Shown in pieces: positions 1 through 12,052 of a stretch of DNA of 64,000 nt (the stretch's first letter is position 1; the number at the start of each line of letters is the position of its first letter). The stretch covers positions 243,779 through 307,778 of the forward strand of contig NW_005434651.1 in assembly GCF_000315625.1 (NCBI RefSeq), read 5' to 3'. Made by a program: the position numbers and the translations under genes. The stretch comes from Guillardia theta CCMP2712 (Eukaryota; Protista; Cryptophyta). The notes under the pieces are model-generated. The model did not search any database. It had not been told where the DNA came from and saw nothing but the letters and a program-made list of their open reading frames with translations.

Positions 1-1382
1 ATCGCCGTCTCCATCAGAGTAGGAAACTTGCTGGGGGAGGGCAAAGGACAGCAGGCGAGGACGGCAACGAGGGTAAGGACAATGATGATGATGATGATGA
101 GGAGGAGGAGGAGGAGGAGGATGAGGATGAGGAGAAGGAGGAGAAGAGAGGTAGGAGGAAGAGGAAGAGGAGGAAGGGGATCTGGAGGCCAGGAGGAGGC
201 CAGCTCAAGTCCAGCTGATGTTCAGCAATCGGCAGGTCACGCTTGTCATCACCATCTCCTTCATGGCAAGTCTCGCCATCACCTACCTCATTGTGAAGGA
301 CTACATCGGTTATCTCTTCAGCAAGGACGAGGAGGAAAGGCGCTCGGCGGCCCTGCGTCTTCGTTGACCGCCATGGCAGGTGGTGAGCAAGGCTGCCTCC
401 CTGGTCCCTATCCTCGCGCTCTTCCAGGTGACTTTGGAGCTCCTCCACCTTCGCCTCCTCCTCCTCCTCCTCGTCGTCCTCCTCCTCCTCCTCCTCCTCC
501 TCCTCCTCCTCCTCCTCCTCCTCCTCCTTTCTCCTGCCTCTCTATCTTCTCGTCTCCCTCCTCACCCTCCCTAACTCGTGCCCTCCTGTCCGGCAATCCT
601 GACTGAATGTTGTCAGGTGTTCGACGGCTGTCAGACGGCGATCGCCGGATCCTTCAGGCGCGTTGAGAGGAGGAGGAGGGAGGAGAGCGGGGAGGCGAAA
701 AGGAGGAGAGGGGCCGAGGAAGAAGTTGTGGCTGAGCTATCCGAGAGCAGGGGGATGGGAAGGCAGAAGCTCGTGGCCTGGCTTAACTTCCTCGGCTTTT
801 GGCTCATCGGCCAGTCTCTCGGCATCTCCCTCACTTTCTTCATTGGCAATCTTTCATCTCCAGCTGTCCTCCTGCTGACTTGCGGCTGCAGGAGGAGGGA
901 TCGGAGTTTACGGCCTGTGGTGGGGGCTGGCAGCTGGACTTGGCTGCACGAGCTGGTCGTTCCATTCTCATCCCCCCATCCTTCTCCCTTCTCCCCTCCC
1001 ACAAGCTTCTTCCCTCCCTCATCCATTCCCTCGCCTTCTGCTTCAGCTACCCCGCCCTCAACATCCTAACATCTCCCTCCCCTCCTACACGACCCTCCTC
1101 CCTGCCCGCCTTCTTCCTGAATCTCCTTTGCAGCATCGGAGGGTTTCTGCTCTCCCGCGTCGACTGGGAGGAGGAGGCGAGGGTCATCTCTGCTCGGTCG
1201 TTCTGCCTGCCGTCTGTTGCTCCACTCACACTCACAAACTTTCCAGCTCTGCGATGAAGGCCAACATGTCCTGTGAGGAGACTCACGGAGAGCTGAAGAA
1301 GCTGGAGGACGAGCTGGCCATTCAGCTGGAATTGGAGGGGAACAATTTCCCAGCTGAGACTCCGACAAAGTCGATCCCGTGA
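1..1382 (+). CDS. MATE family multidrug/toxin efflux transporter, 3' part (multi-exon, 5' end outside window)
   Basis: Spliced exons read IAVSIRVGNLLGEGKGQQARTATR / VTLVITISFMASLAITYLIVKDYIGYLFSKDEE / VVSKAASLVPILALFQ / VFDGCQTAIAGSFR / GMGRQKLVAWLNFLGFWLIG..GVYGLWWGLAAG..SRVDWEEEA, typical MATE C-lobe motifs. Stop at 1380-1382. Confidence 0.85.
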
Positions 1383-1445
1383 CTCCACTAGATGTAGCTT
1401 TCAAGTAACATGTTCATTTCCACTGACTCCTCACATTCCTTGCTC

Positions 1446-4400
1446 TTACTTGATCCTCGTGTCCTCTCCCAACTCTTCGATCTTCTCTTCCTGCATCGCC
1501 ACCCGTCACGATCCAGCATCTCATAGCAACGAGATAGTTCCGACCTCTTTCGCCGGCTCCTCCTTCTTTGGGGCGCTGGCAGGCTTCTCTGTTCCATCGG
1601 TCGTCAGAGATGGCACGGGCATCCAACGACAGGGCGACTACCTGTCGCTAGGGCCCCGGGCTTTGCAAACATCTTTCCGAACACTTTCTTGTCCTTCTGG
1701 TCCTATCATCATCGTCGTCAGCTGACAAGAGGTGCCTCTCCCTCCTTCACGTGCCTGAGCTTTCTGCTTTTGGTTCACAAGGAGCAGCTGCTGCTTCGCT
1801 GCTTTGTTCTCAGGGTCGACAGTCAAGGCCTGGAGGAACGTCAAGTGCAGGCCGCAGAAAACTGAAACGAGTGAAGCAGGTGAGCGGCGATGAGAAGGAA
1901 AGAGAGGACATGAGGACAGCTGCTAGTCCAAGACCTGCTTCAGGTCCTTGGTTGCGTCCTCGAGACGATTTTGAGTGCAGTAAGCCTTTCCTCTCCGGAA
2001 CAGAGCCTTCACGTTGGTCGGCTTGATGTCTAGCGACTTGGTACACTCCGCGATACACTCATCCAGTTTCCCCTGCGATCAAGAAGAAGTGCGGTGAGGC
2101 ACCAACGAAAGAAATGAAGAAGGAGATCAGAAAGGACGATACTGAGACAGTCAAGGGAACGACGAGATGGAGATGGACGACAAGAAGGATGATGAGATAG
2201 AGGAGGCGGGAGCTACTGCCATGAGAGATGCAGTAAGGCGTGCATGTGCTAGGGGAGCAGCAGGAGAGAGCCCTTATGTCTTACTTGCTTCTCAAGGACT
2301 GCAGCCTTGTTGGTGTGACACGTGCTCTTGAGATTCTTCACAGCTTCAGCTTCGTCTCCTTCACCTTGCTCATACTGAAATCGTCAAGAAGTTGGTGAGG
2401 AAAGTAAGGATTCGCGGGTGCAACAGAGGTCAGAGCAATGGGCATCGAAGACATACCTGAACAAGTTTGAACGCCTTGTCGTACTTATTCAGAGCCTTTT
2501 CCAGATCCTCGCTCTTGAAGAAGACTGGAATTGTCAAACATCAGTTGAGACCACGGGAGAGAACCAAGGCCGACAACCGTTTCCTTGTTCCTTCCTCTTC
2601 TCAGCTGCTGCCAGCTTGTCCTTGAGTTGAAGTTGATAGGTAGGAGTCACCTGACAAGTCAAAATTTCACCCTGCAGAATGCATCCTTCGGTTGGAACCA
2701 CCTCGTTCACATTCACGACATACTGAACAGTAGCATTGGCCGGGACCCCCATATCCTCGTTCCCTGCTTCTCCATACGCGTAGTTGGGCGAGAGGGTGAT
2801 GATGGCGTTTTGGCCCTTCTTGATCTTCTCCAACCCGCGTTCAAACCCTTCCGGCATCTCTCCATCTCCAACCTGACGATCACAACAACATCGTTCAGTC
2901 TAGGATGTTGCAGAGAATCTCAACGAACAGTGATGCACTTCTCTGCCGGCCCCAGGAAAACCTTTCCGTCTTCGAGGACCTACAGATGTTGCTCAGCGGT
3001 TGCAGCATGCCATGGCAACACGTTTTCTTTCACCTTGCCTTCCACATGCAATGTGACTTTGGACGCGTCGTCACAGAGTGGTCCATACGTGTCCAGCTGT
3101 ATCGCAGCCAAGTCAGGAGAGAGCATGACTCGTCATATGACAGCAAACTTGGCAGACAACAACAAGATTCAAGCTCAACTCACCTGTCCAAGGCACTTGA
3201 CAATGATTCCTCCGTCCTTGGCAACGTCTAAGAGGAATGGAATCACTCGGAGGTCTTAGATCTGTCATCAAACCATGGATAGCATTCCAGTCTTTCAATT
3301 CGACTTCGTAGATCACCTGGCAGTAAGATGAGTTTACACTCCACCGATCCGAACCCACACTCACGTCTGCATTAGGTGGAACTTTGCCTGGAACGCCATG
3401 CTCCCCAAAAGCGTAGTCTGATCGGCAAGTGATCAAAGCATTGCTTCCCTTCTTCATCTCCTACATTTGGCGATGTAAGTTGGAGACAAAGATATGAGCG
3501 CGGCATGGATGAAAACCTATAAATATACCTTGCAGATAGCCCTCTCAACTCCAGGGGGCAGGGGTGAGCTTGGCGATCCGAGTTTGATCATCTCGAAATC
3601 ATTGCTGACAGTGAAAGGCTGTCCTTCATAGCGTCCCTCGTACTTGACGATGACCTGCAACACCGACATGCTGTCAGAAAAGCAGGTAGCACGGCCTATT
3701 GTATCGCTCGAATGGAACTAGCTCACCTCATCGTGACGGTCAGGATGTCGCCATCCAGTTCCTGACCCCAACGCGTCAGAGATGGACAAGGATGTCATGG
3801 GAGCAGAAGAGACGATCATCAGGAGACAACGGAACATCTACGCAGAGCGAGGTGTATCAGCATTGGGAAACATACCTTTCTTGTCGAGGGGTTTCAAGTA
3901 CACTCCTCCATCGTTGGTGATTTCACGCTGGGAGGCAAAGGTTCAAACAGTTCAAGCAAATACCAGACGTTGCCATCAGAGGCGAAGCAATCTTCACGAG
4001 GTACTGACAACATCACAGGGCACACGAGGTGTTGTTACCTCGTTCCATCGCAAGAGCTCGACTTCGAAGATCAAGGTTGCGTTCCCTGACTTGCATCAGG
4101 ACACATTCCACGTAGACAAGTTGTTAAATTACCTGGGATCTTGTCGCCACTACCTTCAGCACCATAACCGTAGTCGCTTCTGATAGTGAACACAGCCTTC
4201 TCGCCTCTCTTCATGGTAGCAACACCTATGGACGATGTCATCTTCGCAGCCCCCTCCTACTGCACCGTTTCCACCTTTGTCCCACCCTTTGATGACTTTT
4301 CCTTGGCCGAGCTTGAAAGTGAAGGGTGTGTTTCTGTCCCTGGAAGAATCGAACTTGGATCCGTCCGATTGCAGAGTTCCCTCATAGTGAACGCAAACAT

Positions 4401-4759
4401 CGTCATTGTTCTGTGGGAGTTCGTCGCCAGAGCCTTCCACAAGGATCTCTTTCAAGACGCCTCCATCGCCGGTCAGATCAACCACTTCTCCTCCTCCTCG
4501 AAGTCTCATGTGCATTCCGATGTCGAATTGACTGCTGCATTGTTGGGTTCGCATGGAGCACTTGGTACTCGAGGTAACCTGCAGTGATCCTGGTTAATTC
4601 GAAATGCACCAGATTCAAGAGGGAGGGGCCATGAATGACCTGAGGCTGTACTGCGATACCAAGATGGTGGGCTACAGGCGATGACTGATGGAAGAAGCAG
4701 GTCACTGCCTGCATCATCGACACCATCGCCATGATCGCAGCTGCTTGTCGAGCCGCCAT
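1446..4759 (-). CDS. Multi-domain FKBP-type peptidyl-prolyl isomerase with C-terminal TPR repeats (ROF1/FKBP62-like), with bipartite-like presequence
   Basis: FKBP domain [38 protein letters not shown]; two further FKBP-like domains ([18 protein letters not shown]; [29 protein letters not shown]); TPR region [13 protein letters not shown]...[16 protein letters not shown]-terminus [23 protein letters not shown]. Confidence 0.9.
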
Positions 4760-5943
4760 TGCAAAGCGCATGAGGAAGGGGGGTCTCTACGGTCTGGGGG
4801 GTACAAGTTGTATTTGGGTGGGTAGTCTCGTTGATGGGGTAGTAATTCAATCATCACTCAACTAGTAGAAGTGAAAACAATCCGTTACCTTGAGTAATAA
4901 TTTATTTAGGAATCCTAGTGGAATCGCAATTAGAGAGGGGTAGGGTGCACAAGGGGTAGGGTGGAGGGAGAGGGAGAGGAGGACGGGACGCAGCATGCCT
5001 GGTAAAGGGTACGGTACATGATGGGTGGGTCAGAATATGGAAATTTGAGGGTAGGGGTGTGACAACCTGTTCATAGATGCAGGTAGGGTAGTCGATAAAC
5101 CGGTGATATTTCCACATGACCCCTACCAAATACATGAAAGTTGTATGAAAAATAGGGGTTATCAGTACCCTCAGTATGATCAGTATTGTTGGTTATGGGT
5201 ATTCATCGGATTACATTGAAAGCTTCTTTTGAAGGGGGTGGTTGTTATAGTCAAGTGCAAGTTGGATTGTGAGGAGTTGGGGTATACCACTTAGCTATCA
5301 CAGTTTTACTTAGAGCTTCACAAGTAAAAGTTGCCTCATGGCCCAGATTGTATTTTCTTCGACATTCAGTAATGACTATGAACCTCCAAATATTGACTAA
5401 AACACCTTAAGAAAGTTCGAGAAAGTCGGACTGTGGGGATGAGGGCTCAATGCCATGTCCTAGGCCTTGTCCTACCACCAGGTCCTATTGTCGTCCCCGT
5501 AGTATATGGAAATCAGTAGGTAGGGTTGGAATGGGAAAGGAGGGGTAGGGTGGTAGAAATTTTGGAGAGAGGGAATGCAAGGTGCGAGGAGAGGAGCAGG
5601 TACAAGGAGGAGGAAGGCAGAGAAATATTTGAGCATGATGTCATAGACTGCAGCGGTATCGTGATTGGAAGGGTCAGAGGAAGGCTGGAAGGTGAGGGAG
5701 CGGGATGTACATGATAAGAAAAAGGAAGGGAGCGAGATCAGGAAGGAAGTGCGGGAGTGAGAATAAGTTCGAGGAAACAAAAGATAAGAATATCCGAATC
5801 TTGCAGGTTGCTTGTGTTCGAGTGGCAGATAGTCGATGGTGAGGAAACAAGTTGTCTAGTACACCGGACATCAGTCTGTTTTTGTTCAACTTCCCACGTC
5901 CCTCGCTGATGCTGAATTGTTAGTTTTCAGGTTAACCTCGGAC

Positions 5944-6267
5944 ATGAACAGTAAGCTTTACCCGATGATGATGCGGGCGTCGAGAGCCTTGCGGCCCAGC
6001 GTCAGAACCCTGTCGAGCCAGCAGAGCTCTTCGCAGAGCACAACCGGAGCAAACAACCAGATTAGGTTGGAGAAGGATGTAGTGGAGGACCTTCTTCAAG
6101 TGCTCGCCTGCCCCCTCACGAAGTCGAAGTTGACGTATAACGAGGAGACAAACGAGCTCATCTCAGAGGAGGCAGGGGTCGCGTACCCCATCGTGAATGG
6201 AATACCCAACATGATCCCACATGACGCAAGAATAATTGACCAGGGTAGCAGGGCAGATGGACCGTAA
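5944..6267 (+). CDS. PYURF: Trm112-like/UPF0434 mitochondrial protein (preY/PYURF-like)
   Basis: LLQVLACPLTKSKLTYNEETNELISEEAGVAYPIVNGIPNMIPHDAR motif, preceded by an Arg/Ser-rich mitochondrial-type presequence. Confidence 0.85.
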   Translation: MNSKLYPMMMRASRALRPSVRTLSSQQSSSQSTTGANNQIRLEKDVVEDLLQVLACPLTKSKLTYNEETNELISEEAGVAYPIVNGIPNMIPHDARIIDQGSRADGP

Positions 6268-6390
6268 AGAAGACAGTTTTGAATTCATTATATTGACACA
6301 GACTTTGTTCTGGAGTTATTACACATACATGCATTGCCTAGGAGAGCAGATGCGCGCTCTTGCTCTCACTACCGGCGCCGGCGATGCTCT

Positions 6391-9052
6391 TCATGTCCCC
6401 TGCACGTGAGTCAAGATGTGCATGTGCATGCCCGAAAGGTCTTGTGACATGCTGCGGGATGGAAGAGACACGAACCTTGAGCTGAGAGAAGCTGGAGTGA
6501 AACATTTCCTTGACAGAATCCAACCCTGGAAACGTTTCAGTGCAAGTAGTAGCCGAGGGAGGCAACGGGAAGGAAAAGAGCGAAACACCAAAGGGGGAGA
6601 GGGGAAGTTGCAGTAGGAGAGGAAGAGCAGCAGGGGCAGCGGGAGCTCACCACGTGTCGAGGCAGACTTGATCTTCTCGATCTGATCGGACTGAAAGACG
6701 CTGAAGTTTTGCAAGACCTTAGGCGAAGATGGAGAGGCGTCAGGAGCTGAAGGCGTCAGCTTCATGATATGCTGCATGGGATTGAGCTCTTTCCAACTGA
6801 ATTTGGCCCAGTCCTGTCGATCTTCGACTTTCTTCTGTCTCCCGCTCGCATCCTTCTTCTCCTTCACTTCTCGTCAGATGCCCTCGGGCCTCCACCCCTC
6901 TTCACCTCTTCCTTCGGGGGTTTCGGAGGCGAGAGCACAGGCACGTCTTTGCTCATTTCTGGCTTCTGCTTCTGCTCGGTTGACACGCTTTGATCGTTCT
7001 TGATGCGGAGACGAATGCCAAACTGCCGGCTAGGTGGAGGTCAGCCGGGCATTGGGTAAAGGAGGAACTTTCACGTCACCTCGCCAGGATCTTGTCGAGG
7101 CTGCCAGCCCCAAGATCGACATCACTGCACAAGTTCAACCTCACATTGTCCGCAAGCTTGGTCGAGATCTGCACGGTGAGAGGCAGGTCAGGCGAGTGGG
7201 GGTGCGGCCAGCCCAAACACCGACCGACGAGGTGGCATGCAGCTTGGAGAGGGGCCAGTCTGCTCATCGGATCACCCGCCAGTGCACTCGCAAGGGAAAG
7301 CGATTTGATTTCACCGTTTGAAACTCTTCCTTTCACCTCGAGCTCGTTCCCTGGAAAAGTGTATCCTCCTCCTACCGCCCAGCTCCTGCAAGAGCCCAAC
7401 AGGGACAAAACGGTCAGCTGACTAACTCAAGGGGAGCAAGCATCCTCACTTCTCTGAGGTATAGAGGGCGCCTACTTTGGCGTTTCCGAGGGTTTTCTCC
7501 ACTGCAAGAGTGTAAGGGACAGAGAAAGCGGATCTCAGCACGTTCCTGTCCATGTCCACACGTCCTTCAAGATGGGAACCTTGCAGCTATCTGCACACCC
7601 TTCCTTCAGGTCTGATCACGAGAGGTCGAGCGTAGACCTGCAACAGCCTTTGCGGGTCGGATTGACGAGAGCACCGAGGTGCAGAAGGTCATCGGGCCGT
7701 TGGAATCGCTGCTGTCCTCAGTATACTTCGTGCTCGACCCGGCGAACTCCTCCTCTTCGGGCAGCGGCTGCGAAAGAGCGCACGATGAAGGCAGGGGGAC
7801 GAAGAGAACACTCATGGAACCTCAGGGATCAGGATGTTGTCTACTGCATCCCATACTTTGTCCATGATGTGGTTGAGAGAACCGTCCGATGTGATCATCA
7901 ACCCGAGTCCATTGTACCTGGCCACGTCCATCATCGTCGTCGTTGTCGTCGTCGTCGTCATCATCATCATCATCATCATGAAGAACCATAACAACAATTT
8001 CATCGTCAATCGTCTTGTCCCATCCTCCGCATCATCATACGCACTTCACAGACGCCATGGAATTGCTCATGGTCAAGTTGGGGCTCCGGGAAAACTCTCC
8101 ATCGATCGAGGTGGAAAAGCCACATGTGAAATTCCCCTGGACAAAAGACATGGCAACATCCATCTGAGGCGAAACGTGGTCAGTTCTTCAGAATGACATC
8201 ATTCGATCGCAACCTTCTTGCTGAGGTAATCTTGCCATGGCTTTGCGCCATCGATCTGAGTGACATTCATCATCGCAGACGCTGCCATGTCCACATGCCC
8301 GTGAGGGAGAGGGACCTGCTTGCCATCAGTTGACCTGCCGGAGGGGAAGCGAGAGGATCGGAAGCAGAGCAGAGGAGGAGGGGAGGAGCTAGGGAGCGAA
8401 TTTTGCCCACCCTGGATTGCATCGACACACGATTGTAGATCGTGTTGTTGGTGCGAGAGTTGGGCACAGTCATTCCCTGGTTGAAAAGTCAAGACCGACG
8501 TCGAGACAAGTTAAGCGGTGCCTGTATTCCCAACTTGTTGTCTCCAGCTGACAAGACAGCCTCTGCATACAGACGATGTTGAGGATCCACGGTAGCAGAC
8601 AGGGAGAGGGGCCCGAACTGTCTCTTCGATCCTACAACGCCGATGATCTCATTGTAAGCCTGGGCGACAAACTCAGCCACACGTCCTCGCTCTTCCTATC
8701 ATTATGCACTCTGCACACCTTGCGGGTGAAGGTGCTTGTAATGCTCGTTCCAGCGGCCTGCATCCTCAAGTCTCCTCTGATGGATCCCATGTCGAACCCG
8801 TCTTGGAGGACGGCAGGCGTGACGTCCTTGAAAGTCTTTGCTCATCGACATGAACAATCAGGGAGTTCATTGTTCTCACCAGGGGACAGAAGTGCTTCTT
8901 GCTTTCATCCTTGAGATGTACTGTCCAAGGTGGGTGAGAAACAATAAGCGTGACAGCAGCTTCATCCTACCTGGCTGGCACGTGGCGTGGCTTGATGCCT
9001 GCCCAAGGAGGCATGCCAGGCAAACGAGGATCGCGAGCAAGTTCTTCCTCAT
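6391..9052 (-). CDS. Divergent VDAC/Porin_3-like beta-barrel protein with N-terminal signal peptide and C-terminal extension (multi-exon)
   Basis: Manually spliced exons give MRKNLLAILVCLACLLGQASS.., PLTFKDVTPAVLQDGFDMGSIRGDLRMQ.., ..NFTCGFSTSID..LTMSNSMASVKYNG.., ..WAVGGGYTF..EVKGRVSN..ISTKLADNVRLNLCSDVDLG..RQFGIRLRI, collinear with VDAC. The junction near 7510-7680 is uncertain. Confidence 0.6.
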
Positions 9053-10148
9053 TTCTTCTCTTGCCAGCAAAGCCCTTGAGAAATGCAACCTGAGGCCACA
9101 ACTCAGTGTTACAACACTGAAGCGCGATCTTTCTGACGGGGAGAACTATTTCCTTCCGCCTCCAGGCAATCACCCCCGTGCCCTTCGATATCACATAACC
9201 AAGTTCAAGCAAGTGCATCGAACAATCAACAGGTCACGATCCTTCTGTCTCACACTCTCTTATCTGCATCTGCACAGATTATCTTGATGGATGAACAAAC
9301 AATTTGCAATCTGCCTCTGATTGAGAAAGCAACATAGAATGGAAGGGCTAGGGCAGACTGAGTCCGGGCCCAGGTGGGGATCTGATGATGCATCAGGATC
9401 GGAAGGAGCAGGTCATGGCTGCAGGGGCAGGGCAGGGAGGTTGCATGAGATAGGCAAGCGAGGAGGAGGGAGGAGGGATGAGGGGGGGGGGGGGGGGGGA
9501 AGGAAGGGGGGCCGGGGCAGGGGATCCCAGATAAAAGAGAGGACCATTAGAGCAAACTGCATGGGGGGATCTTGGATTGGTGTTAGGGGGTAGGGGTCCC
9601 AAATCTGAGATGATGGAGGGGTACTTTAAAGGTTTTTTTCAAGGGTGGGGCTTTGAAAGTGTTCCTTGGGCCAGGGTTGTGGTGGTGGTGAAAACGGATC
9701 AGGGGACCGGGGTAGAGAACAGAGGAACTGTGTCATTCAGGAGGGTGGGGGTGGTACATCGAAGAGACGTATTTTCGATCTTGTCTGTTGCAACGGTCCG
9801 AGGGACATTCAACCCCCTCCCTGTCACCCCCACCCCCCAAAGAAATTACCACCCACCTATTGCTAATTCTACCCCCCCTAATTAGCAAGAAGAGGACTTA
9901 AAAACAAAAGAATACCTTCTGGTGTACGAACACCACCCCTCCAAATATCCCATCACCCATGCGACCTTCGGCTTCCACCCCTTATTGCGTAACTAAGTCC
10001 CCTCGTTCACCACCACCCCTACACGCTTCTCACCCCCACCACGCCTTTCACATGATTCTCACCCTACCTTTCCCACACACCACCCCTACCCCTTGCAGTG
10101 TAGTATGTAATCAGGCTACATTAACCGTCAAGCGCAGTTGACACATAA

Positions 10149-10221
10149 GCCCGGTTAGCTCAGTCGGCAGAGCGCAAGGCTCTTAACCTTGTGGTCGTGG
10201 GTTCGAGCCCCACATCGGGCG
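10149..10221 (+). tRNA. tRNA-Lys (CTT)
   Basis: GCCCGGTTAGCTCAGTCGGCAGAGCGCAAGGCTCTTAACCTTGTGGTCGTGGGTTCGAGCCCCACATCGGGCG forms a 73-nt cloverleaf with CTT anticodon, GTTCGA T-loop and a downstream T-run terminator. Confidence 0.97.
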
Positions 10222-11572
10222 AAGCTCCGACTGAACTTTTTGGTCACTGAGTCTCCCTTTTAACTAGTAAAGTTAGATTTCCGCCGCCGAGTCTTGCCCA
10301 CCCGCCGGGTGACTGACAGTGGCATCATGATGCGGCCCTCCCGGACCGGCGGTGACGGTGGGGGGCACTGCGGCTCAGTCTTTTTTTGCCACCCTGCTCT
10401 AACTTGTGCGCCTGACTCTTGAAGTTCCGAGGTGCCCGGCGGCCATCATGACTGCCTCTCCTGGCTCAGTAGTACCGTGTCTGTAAACTTGACGGTTGAA
10501 ACGGTTCGGCGACGCGCCGCCGGGCCCCGCACGGCGCGGCCCGGCTCGGACGTCACCGTCCGACGAGTCACAGTACGGTACACTGCCTTCGGATCCCATC
10601 TTCAACCGAACGGTTCGGCGGTTTCACTTGTCCGAGTGTCAACGGTCAGTAACGGGCCTTCGACGCCCGGCAGCAATTTCCGGTACCGTCGCACCCGGTC
10701 ACCAGTGACCGACCGTAGTACGTCACTGCGGCGAGTCAGGCTCCGACTGAGGCTGCCGAACTTCGGAACTTATCGGAACCGGTGGCCCAGTGCATGACTT
10801 TGCCAACGGTCAGTTGTTCGAGGCACTGAGGCGGCCCCGTTCAGTCTCAGTACGGTCACGGTCACTGACCGTCGACACTGAGTGGCCGGTGTCACTCGGA
10901 CTCGCTGAGTAAATGCGCGCAATCTGTTACTTAGTCACCGTGGCCGGGCAGTACGGTAGTAGAGGCCCCAGTGGCCAAACATGATCGGATGATCGCCGGT
11001 CAAACTGCCTTCCGAGATATTCGACCTGCAAGAGAGCACACTGGCATGCCGTCTCTACTCCACTGATCAGTGACCGAGATATACTATGAGCCTACTTGGG
11101 ATTCAAGGCCGCGCCCGCTGCAGCGCCGGTACCGGGCCCGGTATCATAGTATGAAAAATCCGGGCCAGGATTCTTGATTAGCGGTTATTATGACCGGTAC
11201 TTTTGACTGCCCTTATACAGGTACTTGCCCTCGCACAGAAGCACCCTTTTACGGTAGTACCCCCCGGTGATTATCATTCGGATTGATAGGGGGTGGGGTA
11301 TTTGACTCGGAAAGGCTTATGATGGCATGGGCCGCCCGGTACTGTAACTGAACCGTTGAACCTGAGCCTGAGTGATCGCTGAGTGATACGTGTTCCGAAG
11401 TTCCTTGGAAGAGAAACTTCCGGAAGTTCAGATGCCCCCGTAATCGTCAGACCAAAAAAGACTGAGCAGTGACGGTGGCCGGGGGCCCACCGCACTGTCA
11501 CTGACCCGGCGGAATCTAACTTTAAAAAACTTGAAAGGGAGACTCAGTGACAAAAAAGTTCAGTCGGAGCTT

Positions 11573-11645
11573 CGCCCGATGTGGGGCTCGAACCCACGAC
11601 CACAAGGTTAAGAGCCTTGCGCTCTGCCGACTGAGCTAACCGGGC
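11573..11645 (-). tRNA. tRNA-Lys (CTT), identical inverted copy
   Basis: Exact reverse complement of 10149-10221, with a T-run terminator on the minus strand. Confidence 0.97.
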
Positions 11646-12052
11646 TTATGTGTCAACTGCGCTTGACGGTTAATGTAGCCTGATTACATACTACACTGCA
11701 AGGGGTAGGGGTGGTTTGTGGGAAAGGTAGGGTGAGAATTATGTGAAAGGCGTGGTGGGGGTGAGAAGCGTGTAGGGGTGGTGGTGAACGAGGGTGAACT
11801 TTGTTTAGGAAATGAGGAGGGGTGGGGTAAAGGGGAACTCTACAGCAATGGGGGTAGTAGATCAGGTCTCAGACAAGGTGGGGTGAAACAATGAAGTTTG
11901 GGGGGTGGGGGGGTGGTCCTCTAAGGAAACCTCAAAATGCTCTCGATCTCCTTCTAACAACCTCCTCCTCTCCACACACGACTCCCTCCATGTTGAAACT
12001 GACCAGATTCCCAAGGGATGGTGGGCCAGGACGTTTGAGCTCGATATGGGTC

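Larger units (their letters stand above)
10000..11794. repeat. Inverted repeat (arms ~10000-10290 and ~11505-11794), each arm carrying a tRNA-Lys gene, around a GC-rich spacer
   Basis: About 150 nt of 5' flank, the tRNA and about 60 nt of 3' flank are near-identical in opposite orientation. Confidence 0.92.

Noticed and set aside
14-606. Poly-Ser/Pro/Arg/Leu ORFs (also at 49813-50473 and 56648-57259)
   Set aside because: Translations of intronic or intergenic microsatellites.
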